Notes under the pieces: model-generated
The model's database searches: none
The model's input: only the letters and a program-made list of their open reading frames with translations
What the model was told of the DNA's origin: nothing
NCBI GenBank assembly: GCA_051294375.1
Contig: CM119268.1
Location: 6,143,525-6,207,524 of the forward strand
Reading direction: 5' to 3'
Origin: Paraspadella gotoi
Lineage: Eukaryota > Animalia > Chaetognatha
DNA: 64,000 nt
Shown here: positions 52,506 through 64,000 of the stretch, piece after piece
How the letters are laid out: each line of letters begins with the position of its first letter
Position numbering within the stretch: the stretch's first letter is position 1
Program-made: the position numbers and the translations under genes

Positions 52506-53390
52506 CATTGCGTAGTCGTGTCAAAAAAAGAAAGAAACAATCCGGTTTTGGACAAAAGAGAGTTTTTGAAAAAAGAAGTTTAGCCGGTTTCGAACTATTT
52601 AACTCTGTTATGATGTGCGACCTCGGAACATACTCTCTGAGAATAACTTTTGAGAAAAAGTGACTACATTTAGTTCCTTAAGGCCGGACGGAAGCGAGAT
52701 AGGGGGAGGAGGAGCTTAGGAGAGGCACGGATGCAGCAGACGTAGGAGAGAGAGAGCAGAGAGATAGAGAGAGAGAGAGAGAGAGAAGAAGAGAGAGAGA
52801 GAGGTAAGGGGGAAGCAAGAAGGGAATGAAACCAACGGAGGAGGGGAACAAAACAGAGGAAAGGAGAAAAATGAGAAGGGGAAACAAGAGAAAAAGGAAA
52901 AGAGGGGAAGAAAAGAAAAAGAAGAGAAAAAAGGGCGGGCATAAGAAAACAGAAAGAGGGAAAGAGGATGTGCAAGAGAAAACTTGATCGATGGGAGGAC
53001 AAGATCTAAGGAAGACAGCCGTCCGCCTTAAGACTAATGTAGTCACTTTTCAAAAGATTCTCCCATCATAACAGAGTTAATAGTTCGAACCAACTTTCTT
53101 TTTCAACTTTTTCAACTTTTTCTTTCTTTTTTCTTCTTTCTTTTTTTTTTCCTTTCGCTCCGTCGTCCATTCGTCCGCTCGACCGAGCGAGCGATCTTTC
53201 TTTTTCTTTCTATCTTTCTTTCTTTCTTTCTTTCTTTTTTTCTTTCTTTCTTTCTTTTTAATTTCTTTCGTTCGTTCTTTCTTTCTATCTCTCTTTTTCC
53301 ATGTTTTTTCCATGTTTCGTACTCTTTCATTTTCTGTTTTGATCTTTTTTTTCTATTATTTATCATAGATATACTTTTTTTTATTTTTTT

Positions 53391-53429
<39 letters not shown>

Positions 53430-55919
53430 ATGATAGATCATCATCTAATAGATTCACGTCCATATAAACATACAAATCAATTCAACAGGCAATTAACATG
53501 ACTGCAGCGACCGCCAAACAAGCATTACCAATCGCAGCCACTTACCTAAGCTTACCTAAATTTGTCTGATGAAGAAATCAACCTTTGACTTTGGACTTCG
53601 AAACTAAACGAAAAAATAAAAGAATTAATTTTGTTTGTTGTTTTTATCAATTTAAATTGTAACTAAATTTTAACTGATCAGCATCAAGAATATTCGCGGA
53701 CTTGATTTAAGCCTAAAACAAACTCCTACATAACATCCCCTTTGATTTCGTTTTCATAATTTAATTTCATAAATCTCGTCTCCCTTGATACTGGATAGTA
53801 AGGCGATATATCCTATATTCCTAATTAGGAATCTGTGAAAAAGGCGGAAGAAGTTACACATATAACTTTTTTTAACCCACACCAGTAGCCACGAAACGGG
53901 TTCTGGGCTTTGAACCAGGCTCGAGGCTTTTCCACGCCTCCCCCCCTCCCCCACTGAGAAAGCTTGTAAAGAGAGACCACCAGGTAATCCGTCATTTCCG
54001 GGCCCTAACCAATCGCCCTTACCGCAATGCGCAGGATCATTAATGTAAGAGAAAAAAGAAGAGAATTTTTCAGATTAATACTAATTTCGCCTGCGTACTT
54101 AAGCTTCCTCAGGTCGCCCCTTCTCTAGTCGCTCCTGCCTGCAAGCAGCTTCCCCCTGCCTCCTATTAGAAGCCGAGACCTCGCGCTTAACACTCCGCCC
54201 GGCCTCTCTTCTCCGTAGCCCCACATCTCCTCATCATAGCAGTCCTGTCTTCGATTCTGGACCTCAGGACTTAACATCGACCCTCAAACCGCTCTTTCCG
54301 GCCCCCTCAGCTCGACGGACGACGGTATCTTTGAAAAAACGTATAGAAATTATAGATTGGTGAGACATTCCAGGGTCTAACTGCGAAACATAGACGTCTC
54401 TTTCTTTCCGGACAACCATACCTACCCCTTTGGAAAAGCTCTGATCTTCCTTGTTTAGAGGCCCTTCAGTCGTTTTTTGATTTCTACTCCATATCTTCTT
54501 CTTTGCTGTTTTTCTACAATTTCTTGCCCTACACTGGGAAGCGCTTTTATTGTTTTTTGTAGTGACTTTCTTCATTGTTCGTTTAAGGACTGCTGCTCGG
54601 CTTCTCCGGCCCCAACAATTGCGGGTCGATCTTCTCTACTGAGAGCGCTTGTATAGAGTAGACCTCCTTCTGAAGGTTTTGCGCCTGTGTTTTTTGAAAA
54701 CTGCCGACGCTTTCTCCGACACCAATCGCCTACGATGGAAAGCCCTCCGCTCCCGTCTAAATATCAAGAGACCTCAGGTTGAATAGAGTCGCACGTTCTT
54801 TCCTGGAGCTTCCAGAAGCCCATGATCTACCGGCTCCTCATAAAGCGATTTTATAAATATTTGGGCTGAAGGTGGAAAATAACATCAAAGAGACAAACAG
54901 AATCTTAAGTAAAAATTGTTTTATGATTTTGATTTTCAGACAGTTCAAAGAAATTTTATCTTTGATTTTTAGAGAATTATGTAGCTAAATAAAAAATTGA
55001 TTTGTTTACAAACGACAAATTTGTTTTCACCTTGTTGAGTTTAAAAAAAAAACGTAAATGTTAGCATATTTTGTAATGTACCTCGAGAAGTGGCGTGTAC
55101 AGAACAAGCGGACCCCCTATTTTTACAGGATTCTCCATGCGCAACCCCTACTGTAAAATTGGACAAAAATGTCATGAAATTGTCCGGGTTCTTCAAAAAA
55201 AATCTTAAACACAATTATAGTAATCAATATCGGTTTTATTATATAAAATAAAATATGTACATTTTTAATGTGTATATTTTTTTTCAGGAGCATGATCATA
55301 TGACCCGCGCCTCACAGTCTTCTCTCGAGCCCGGTATCTCCTCTACCCGTTGCTTTTGGGTTATGGACGGAATTTCTTTTGCGTAAAGACGGTTATTGGT
55401 AGATCTCGGGATCTTGGGCTGGTCTTTCATGGGGTGATTGGGGCGGGGTTGGGTTAAGTGCAGTATTAAGGACGTAACCAGCATGTTTACAAATTAATAT
55501 TACTGTCTGTGTTGTCGTGGCCCAATCCAAAAAATAAATATCTCTTGATGTAAATGTTAAGTTTTCATATAACTAGTGATTGAATTCCTGCAACTCATCC
55601 TTCATCCTCTGTCTGAAATCTGCTTTGCTCGTTTTGGTTAGAGGAATGGAGAATAATTTTAATCACAACAAATTTTTTTTTTAGTTTTAATTATCAGAAG
55701 TTATGCGGTGAGAGATATATAGTGGAACACGCTCTACGATAGATTCTAATTTTATAGAATAATTACGTCTCACATGATAATAAATGAGCGTATCCGTTCA
55801 CACCAACACCACGATCCTTGTATATTATTTAGCATTGAAGTATCTCAATAGGCTAGCGTTTAAAGTTTAACTTGGAAGATTTTTTTTCTAATTTTACTTC
55901 CCGGGTAGACTCCTTTTCG

Positions 55920-56362
55920 ACCGTTCCCAACCCTCAGATTCGTTTCGGAACGCGAGATAGAGAGAGAGAAAAAAGGCGTTGGGGCGCGATAGATCCATCG
56001 GTGACTTGACATAACATGATATGATCCGTGATCCCGCGCGTGGCGAATCACCAGTGACACAAACAAACTCTCTGTGCCCGGGGAGAACCTGGGTTTGTTT
56101 TGGTCCCAGCTGACTCGCGCAGACACCGACCCATTCGCCGCCGAATTCCTCCGCCGACGCAAAGTAGTCCCGACGTAAAGACGCGGATTAATTACGAGGA
56201 AAAAGTTAAATAGTTTATTTCAAGATGAAAAATGAAATAGGGAAAAAAAAGCGAAAACAAAGAACATTGCATAACTGAAAGAAAATAGTTATTAATAATA
56301 CAAAATATTTAATTCTCAATCAATACCCTTTTACAGAAATCTGGTGTTTTGAGAATTCAGTT

Positions 56363-56399
<37 letters not shown>

Positions 56400-57890
56400 N
56401 NNNNNNNNNNNNNNNNNNNNNNNNGAGGAGAAGGTAGAAGGAAAAAGCAAAAGGCTTTAAAACAAAAGAAAGAATTTTGAGTTCACAGGAATTTAGGGGG
56501 AATTAAGAGGCAGAGGAGGAAGGAGAAGAAGAATAGAAAGAAAAGAAAAAGAAAAGAAAAAGAAAAGAAAAGAAAAGATGTCGAAGTATGAAACTTTTTT
56601 ATTTTATTACAGGAATTAGCAGTAAAATGATGACGATTTATGAGACAACTTTAACTAATTTTTTTAATGACTCTATGAATTACAAACATTGTTCCACTTG
56701 TAGTTCGCCGCTGTATGTATTTTTTTAAATTATGAAATGGAGAAAAAAAGTTTATTTTTGTAAACAAAAGAATAAATTAAATATTAATAGTTATTTCCTT
56801 TTTTTTATTTTCTCGTGATTTATGAAGATAAACTCGTTTATTCAGTCGATGCTCTTTTGTTTACGGAGCAACGTTCGCATTCAGAGAGAGAGAGACTGAA
56901 TAAGACGAGTTTATCTTCATAAATCACGAGAAAATAAAAAAGTGCGAAAATAAACTATTAATATTTAATTTATTCTTCTGTTTACNNNNNNNNNNNNNNN
57001 NNNNNNNNNNNNNNNNNNNNNNNNNNNNNNNNNNNNNNNNNNNNNNNNNNNNNNNNNNNNNNNNNNNNNNNNNNNNNNNNNNNNNNNNNNNNNNNNNNNN
57101 NNNNNNNNNNNNNNNNNNNNNNNNNNNNNNNNNNNNNNNNNNNNNNNNNNNNNNNNNNNNNNNNNNNNNNNNNNNNNNNNNNNNNNNNNNNNNNNNNNNN
57201 NNNNNNNNNNNNNNNNNNNNNNNNNNNNNNNNNNNNNNNNNNNNNNNNNNNNNNNNNNNNNNNNNNNNNNNNNNNNNNNNNNNNNNNNATAGAGTCATTA
57301 AAAAAATTAGTTAAAGTTGTCTCATAAAACGTCATCATTTTACTGCTAATTCTGTAATAAAATAAAAAAGTTTCATACTTCGACATTCTTTTCTTTTCTT
57401 TTCNNNNNNNNNNNNNNNNNNNNNNNNNATAGTCATTTTTTAGCAAACTTATCCCCTTATCCACGCGTCTAACCTCCCACCAATTTCTCGTCAACCACAT
57501 CACTCTATCTAACCCCGATCTACCTCATTTCTTCACGCCAGCCATTTCCTCTTGGCGTGACCCTTGCGCCAAAGATCTCGCCGAACGATGGTCTTGCACC
57601 GACAAGTTCCTCGCGCCGGACTGATGCATCGGGGCGGAGTTTACGCCGGAAGCGAGAAAATTGGGATCGCGAAGCAGACCTACGTTGGGAGGAGAGATGA
57701 CAATTCTGAGAAATACTTTGAAGTGGGAGAAAGGGGTTAAGAGAATGAAATAGTGGGTCTGGGAGAGGGGGGAGAGAGAGAGAGACATCAGAGAAAGAGT
57801 ACTTTTAAAGAGGGAGAGAATAAGAGAAAAGAGGGGATAGTGAAAGATAGAGATAGAGGAAGGTAAGAGAATTAAATAGTGGGTGTGGGG

Positions 57891-57968
<78 letters not shown>

Positions 57969-58472
57969 AAAGAGAAGAAACAGAGAGAGAGGGAGAAGGT
58001 AGAAGGAAAAAGCAAAAAGGCTTTAAAACAAAAAGAAAGAATTTTGAGTTCACAGGAATTATAGGGGGAATTAAGAGGCAGAGGAGGAAGGAAAGGTAAG
58101 AATAGAAAAGAAAAGAAAAAGAAGAAAGAAAAGAAAAAAGAAAAAAGAAAAGAATGTCGAAGTATGAAACTTTTTTTTATTTGTATTACAGAAATTAGCA
58201 GAAAAATTTGATGACGATTATACTGAGACAACTTAAACTATTATTTTTTTGAATGACTCTAGGAATTACAAACATTCGTTCCACTTGTAGTTCGCCGCTG
58301 TATGTATTTTTTTGAATTATGAAATGGAGAAAAAATGTTTATATTTTGTAAACAGTAAGAATAAATTAAATATTAATATGTTTTTTTTTCTTTTTTTATT
58401 TTCTCGTCGATTTATGAAGATAAACTCGTCTTTTTCAGTCGATTGCTCTTTTGTTACTGAGCAACGGTTCGC

Positions 58473-58566
<94 letters not shown>

Positions 58567-59000
58567 TCAAACTGAATTCTCAAACACCAGATTTCTGTAA
58601 AAAGGGTATTGATGAGAAATTAAATATTTTGTATTATTAATAACTATTTTTCTTTCAGTTATGCAATGTTCTTTGTTTTCGCTTTTTTTCCCTATTCATT
58701 TTTCATCTTGAAATAAACTATTTAACTTTTTCCTCGTAATTAATCCGTGTCTTTTACGTCGGACTACTTTGGCGTCGGCGAGGAATTCGGCGGCGAATGG
58801 GTCGGTGTCTGCGCGAGTCAGCTGGGACCAAAACAAACCAGGTTCTCCCGGGCACAGAGAGTTTGTTTGTGTCACTGGTGATCCCACGGCGCGGGATCAC
58901 GGATCATATCATGTTATGTCAAGTCGCGATGACTATCGCGCCCCAACGCCTTTTTTCTCTCTCCTCTATCTCGCGTCCAAAACGAATCTCAGGGTTTTTT
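55920..59000. repeat. Mosaic of direct and inverted duplicates between gaps (55920-56400 inverted vs 58560-59000; 56425-56895 direct vs 57990-58480)
   Basis: Shared strings include gtcccagctgactcgcgcagacaccgacccattcgccgccgaattcc and gtcgaagtatgaaactttt. Confidence 0.8.
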
Positions 59001-59513
59001 GACGGCGAAAATCAGCGAAGCCAAGTTGCTCCTCCAGGTGGGTTCAAGATTATAAGGATCTGATGTTTGAAGGATACGATTTATTAATGACGTTTAAATA
59101 AAATTTTAGAATAATAGTAGAACCGTGTTCTAATATTCTGCAAACTCTGATACAAAATTGTGATAATTTACCTCAAAACGAGCAAAAGAGCATCTATAAC
59201 CTAACTTTAACGCCCTCTCGCATGAAAGAAACTGGTAGCGGGCTGGGAACCGAGCTAGAGGGTTTCCGCACTATTCCAGCAGGGTAGGTTCATGATCTGA
59301 TCGCTTTACCCAATCAGCCCCGGGGTCATAACTGAAGAAAAATTTTTTTTTTCCATCTTGATCAAGGAGGCAAAATTCCTCAAAACCTTAAACCATTAAA
59401 CCAAACAATCAACCAACTCCGTGTCAGCCTGTCAGTCTTACCCAACTACCCTGTCATCCCCTCTGTCAACCCGGGACTCACACCCGCTCCCTTTGTCTGT
59501 CTGTCTGTCTTAC

Positions 59514-62500
59514 CCGGCTTAATTTTCCTGAAGCGCTTCATCTGCCAAAGAGGCTCCGGATGTACGGGCGGCTGGTATTGGCGAATCTTGCAGGCGTAAG
59601 TCTCGTAGTAGCCTGACGGGGCGTAGTTTGAAAACGTCAATGACGACGACGATGACGACAACGAAAACGACGACAACGAAAACGACGACAACGATGACAA
59701 TGACAACGACAAGAAGTCAATCGAAACAACAACAACAACAAGAACCTTTCTCAGGCATCGACTTCTGCTTGAGTTTCTCCTGATGAGCGTAAGCGGCTTC
59801 TTCTCTCCCTTTGATCTCATCGTTAAATAGTTTGGCGAAGCGATGTTCTGTTCAGAGGAGACGGACTGACTGACTGACTGATTGAATGACTCACCGATCG
59901 ACGGATTGTCTTAGCGAGGGACGGACTGACATTCGGATTATTCGAATTGATCGACGTTATGACTTACTGAATGACCTACTGACTGAAATACCGACAGATT
60001 GACACAATGCTGGACGTACTGACTTAATAATTGACTGACCAAATGATAGCTTGATTAAACGAACTTGATGTTTGATTAGCGGACTGACTCCAAAACTGAC
60101 GTACTGATTGAAAGACTCGGTCAGTGAACGAGTTATTGAATCAATGAATAAATCGATGAATGATGAAGCAAAAGAATGAATGACTGAGTAAACAGTGGAG
60201 GAGAGAAAGAATGAATAACTAAATTAATACATAATTAATTAATTATTAAAATATAAATGAACTAATTAATGACTGAATAAAACCAAGAATGAATGAATGA
60301 ATGAAATAATAAACGAATTAATAAATGAAAACCTATTAATTAAATTGTACCCATGATGTCCTGAATGGGGGTGGAAGGCCGCGCGGGTTGACCGTACGGT
60401 CCGGGCGGAATCTTTCTCGGTTTGGGTCGATTGAATCCTTCCTTCTTGGCTCCTCCCACCGTGTGACGACAGTCGTGTTTCTGGCTNNNNNNNNNNNNNN
60501 NNNNNNNNNNNNNNNNNNNNNNNNNNNNNNNNNNNNNNNNNNNNNNNNNNNNNNNNNNNNNNNNNNNNNNNNNNNNNNNNNNNNNNNNNNNNNNNNNNNN
60601 NNNNNNNNNNNNNNNNNNNNNNNNNNNNNNNNNNNNNNNNNNNNNNNNNNNNNNNNNNNNNNNNNNNNNNNNNNNNNNNNNNNNNNNNNNNNNNNNNNNN
60701 NNNNNNNNNNNNNNNTTGTCATGTTTGTGGTCACGTGATGTAGTGGGCGTCTTTGTCGTTGTTGTTGTTTCGATGATTGTGGTTACATTTGTTGTGTCTT
60801 TGTTTTTTTAATCGTGTTGATCGTCGTTAACTTAATATTTTTGAGAAAAAAAAAGGCAAGAAGACGAAAACAAGCAACTAAAGCAAGCAACCAAAACAAG
60901 CAACAGCCAGGATGACGACGCTCGACGTCCGCAACAACGACAACAACAACAACAACGACGACGACAACAACTCTGCTTCCACATCCCCCCCTCGTCTTTC
61001 AACCGATAATAATAGACGTCGTTGACTCTCGTGATTCCTCGATTCACAGCAGCTTTGTTCAAAGTCATGAAATCGCGTTCGCTCCTCATCAGAGCCTCTT
61101 CTTCGTTGGCCTTTTAAGGTTATTTAACGAATAAATTAATAAATAAATGAATAGATAGACGTTTCGCACTGAATCCAACGAATAAGATTTATCTGATTCG
61201 TTCGACAAATCTAATTATTAGCTAAATCCGTTGAGGATTAAAAAAATTATTGTAAGTAATAAAAATCATTTGTCTGATTAATAACATTTAATCTTATAGA
61301 TACCTTAACTAAATTAAATTTATTAAATCTGATTCCAAAGTAAAATTATTTCTCATAAACCATATTAAAGAATACTTACAAATAAATCTTATTAGTTAAA
61401 AATCCAAAACTGACGTACTGATTGAAAGACTCGGTCAGTGAACGAGTTATTGAATCAATGAATAAATCGTTGAATGATGAAGCAAAAGAATGAATGACTG
61501 AGTAAACAGTGGAGGAGAGAAAGAATGAATAACTAAATTAATATATAATTAATAATTAATTATTAAAATATAAATGAACTAATTAATGAATTAATGACTG
61601 AATAAAACCCAGAATGAATGAATGAATGAATGAAAACCTATTAATTAAATTGTACCCATGATGTCCTGAATAGGGGTGGAAGGCCGCGCGGTGTGACCGT
61701 ACGGTCCGGGCGGAATCTTTCTCGGTTTGGGTCGATTGAATCCTTCCTCTCTTGGCTCCTCCCACCGTGTGACGACAGTCGTGTTTCTGGCTGCGAGGGG
61801 CGATGAGGGGGTGAGGTGGTGAGGGGGTGAGGCGGTGAGGGGATGTGGCGGTGAGGGGGTGAGGCGGGCGATGATGGGGTGAGGCGGGCGATGAGGGGGT
61901 TTTGTGGGTTTTGTTGTTGCAATCTTGGTTGTTGTGGCTTCTTTCGTTGCCATAGTTGTGCATGTTTGTGGTCAGTGATGTAGTGGGCGTCTTTGTCGTT
62001 GTTGTTGTTTCGATGATTGTGGTTACATTTGTTGTGTCTTTGTTTTTTTAATCGTGTTGATCGTCGTTAACTTAATATTTTGAGAAAAAAAAAGCAAGAA
62101 GACGAAAACAAGCAACTAAAGCAAGCAACCAAAACAAGCAACAGCCAGGATGACGACGCTCGACGTCCGCAACAACGACAACAACAACAACAACGACGAC
62201 GACAACAACTCTGCTTCCACATCCCCCCCTCGTCTTTCAACCGATAATAATAGACGTCGTTGACTCTCGTGATTCCTCGATTCACAGCAGCTTTGTTCAA
62301 AGTCATGAAATCGCGTTCGCTCCTCATCAGAGCCTCTTCTTCGTTGGCCTTTTAAGGTTATTTAACGAATAAATTAATAAATAAATGAATAGATAGACGT
62401 TTCGCACTGAATCCAACGAATAAGATTTATCTGATTCGTTCGACAAATCTAATTATTAGCTAAATCCGTTGAGGATTAAAAAAATTATTGTATGTAATAA

Positions 62501-62740
62501 AAATCATTTGTCTGATTAATAACATTTAATCTTATAGATACCTTAACTAAATTAAATTTATTAAATCTGATTCCAAAGTAAAATTATTTCTCATAAACCA
62601 TATTAAAGAATACTTACAAATAAATCTTATTAGTTAAAAATCTGATAAATGCGAATATTCTGTTACTTTTGATATGAGACAATCTATTCTAAATTTAAAT
62701 GCAATCTATTTCTAATCTAAATCTTCTATTAAATTGTACT

Positions 62741-62812
<72 letters not shown>

Positions 62813-63453
62813 GGAACCGGGGCGTTGCTCCTCCACTTATGAATCGCCTCGGCGACGCCGCCGTCGTCCTTGGGATAAGGGCGACCGTAGACGAAAGGCT
62901 CTTTGGGTAAGGCGTGGCCGCGACGGCGGGTGTGCCCCACTTCCGGGTGCAGTAGTAGCTCGTTCTGGTAAGTTATAGTGACGGAATTGTACGATGTACG
63001 ATGTCAAGGCAATGGACGCGATGAGAAAGTCTTACTTAAACATGTTATTGACATAACTCACCTTGAACATGGTAATGACATGACTCAGAATTAGCTTGTG
63101 AATGGCTCCTGATATTCATATTGTCTTGCCNNNNNNNNNNNNNNNNNNNNNNNNNTAAGTTCCTTAAACAAGTTCAAAACATGTCTCACCTTAAACATGG
63201 TTTTAACATGTTTTAACTTCACCATACTCGTTACTTGAAAATAAAAATGTCTTTCTTCAAAAGTTTAAATGACATCTGTCTCATAAGTCATGTTAATGAC
63301 ATGACTCACCTAGAACGTGTTAATGACGTGGCTCACCTAGAACGTATTAATGACATGTCTCACCTTGAACATGGATGTTCTCACGGTTCCGATGTGATTC
63401 ACACATTCTCCGTCCAAAATCTTCGTCTTGTGCGGTGGATAAAGTTTCAACAT
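59514..63453 (-). CDS. CFAP77: Cilia- and flagella-associated protein 77 (C9orf171/DUF4483-like microtubule inner protein); at least 6 coding exons
   Basis: Phase-consistent exons: 63453-63364 (MLKLYPPHKTKILDGECVNHIGTVRTSMFK), 62964-62818 (NELLLHPEVGHTRRRGHALPKEPFVYGRPYPKDDGGVAEAIHKW), 62348-62210 (RDFMTLNKAAVNRGITRVNDVYYYR), 61790-61656 (PGPYGHTARPSTPIQDIM), 59847-59746 (HRFAKLFNDEIK) and 59612-59514 (YETYACKIRQYQPPVHPEPLWQMKRFRKI). These match recalled CFAP77 motifs (GVVRDSMFQNPL, YG..DGGVPEAI..W, MNRGAVKAG, ARPSTP, YETRSSQLRKYKPP..LWHMPHF). The last exon is unresolved. Confidence 0.88.
60089..62642. repeat. Near-identical ~1.25-1.3-kb tandem duplication containing CFAP77 exons 3 and 4
   Basis: 60089-61402 is nearly identical to 61403-62642. 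The first copy contains an N gap and a frameshifted exon 4 (134 vs 135 nt). Confidence 0.9.
63025..63375 (-). repeat. 27-bp minisatellite in CFAP77 intron 1 repeating the exon-1 donor site
   Basis: + strand units of (gacatg)(t/a)ctcacct(t/a)gaac(a/g)tgttaat at ~63050, 63180, 63298, 63325 and 63352. The last overlaps the real aag|gtgag donor. Confidence 0.8.
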
Positions 63454-64000
63454 TTTCTCGTCTTTATTTTAGATATCGCCTACGCCACGCATTAACCAAA
63501 CTTAATCGCCGAGTTTATTAATATTATTAAATCATTGTTAACAAATTTTAATTTAAGGACTGATCCCAGATTAAAGTTTCGTTAAGGCGACGTTATTACT
63601 CAGAATCTTTTGATTAAAATTCTTTCGGCGATTATCGCGCGACTTCGACGATAGGCGGCGATTTTATTGAGAAAATTTAGAGAAAAGACAAAAGACGTCG
63701 GGATTTTAAGATTTGAAGAGACACAGTGAAAAGACTTTCGTTTCTCGTTTTATTTTTGCAACGGACACTTAATTTTATCTATAATTAATTAATTTTAGAT
63801 TTTTCTTCGTTATTTTAGTTTTGTCATTTACTTATTGTTGAGCTCTTTTGGGAATAATTTGAAAAATTCATTTGAAGTAGTAAAAATTTTAAAAAGTTGT
63901 AATTAAATTTTTTGCTTAACTTTTTGAGCTCTATCAGAATCAATTAAAAAACTTAAAATGTCCCCAAAAAGTTTTGACATTATATAGCAATATAATAATT

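Noticed and set aside
57523-57680. Exon-like GC-rich block
   Set aside because: Plausible splice sites and open frames exist on both strands, so strand and product cannot be assigned.

Overview
AT-rich, microsatellite-rich, intron-containing animal genomic DNA from a gappy draft assembly. It has many N runs, several exactly ~25 bp long, and blocks of indel-riddled, single-read-quality sequence. Three genes can be reconstructed by hand across splice sites: a synaptobrevin/VAMP (+, 1799-2954), a ZNF541/TRERF1/MIDEAS-family C2H2 + ELM2-SANT HDAC co-repressor gene (-, ~5971-16223) and CFAP77 (-, ~59514-63453). CFAP77 suggests a species with motile cilia or flagella. A partial Ser/His/Cys-rich gene lies at ~27.2-28.8 kb (-). 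Much of 16.7-30.6 kb and 52-62.6 kb is direct or inverted duplication that looks like gap-filling or fold-back artefact. The least explained region is a GC/CpG-rich island at ~37-46.4 kb. It contains a telomere-like (CCCTAA) 140-bp minisatellite element with inverted ends, a ~245-bp satellite with a conserved hairpin core, an orphan spliced C2H2-like gene and a second, unrelated ~245-bp array. Separately, in two unrelated genes (VAMP and CFAP77) an intronic minisatellite repeats the exon end plus the 5' splice site, making arrays of decoy donors. All family assignments come from recalled motifs; no database searches were run.
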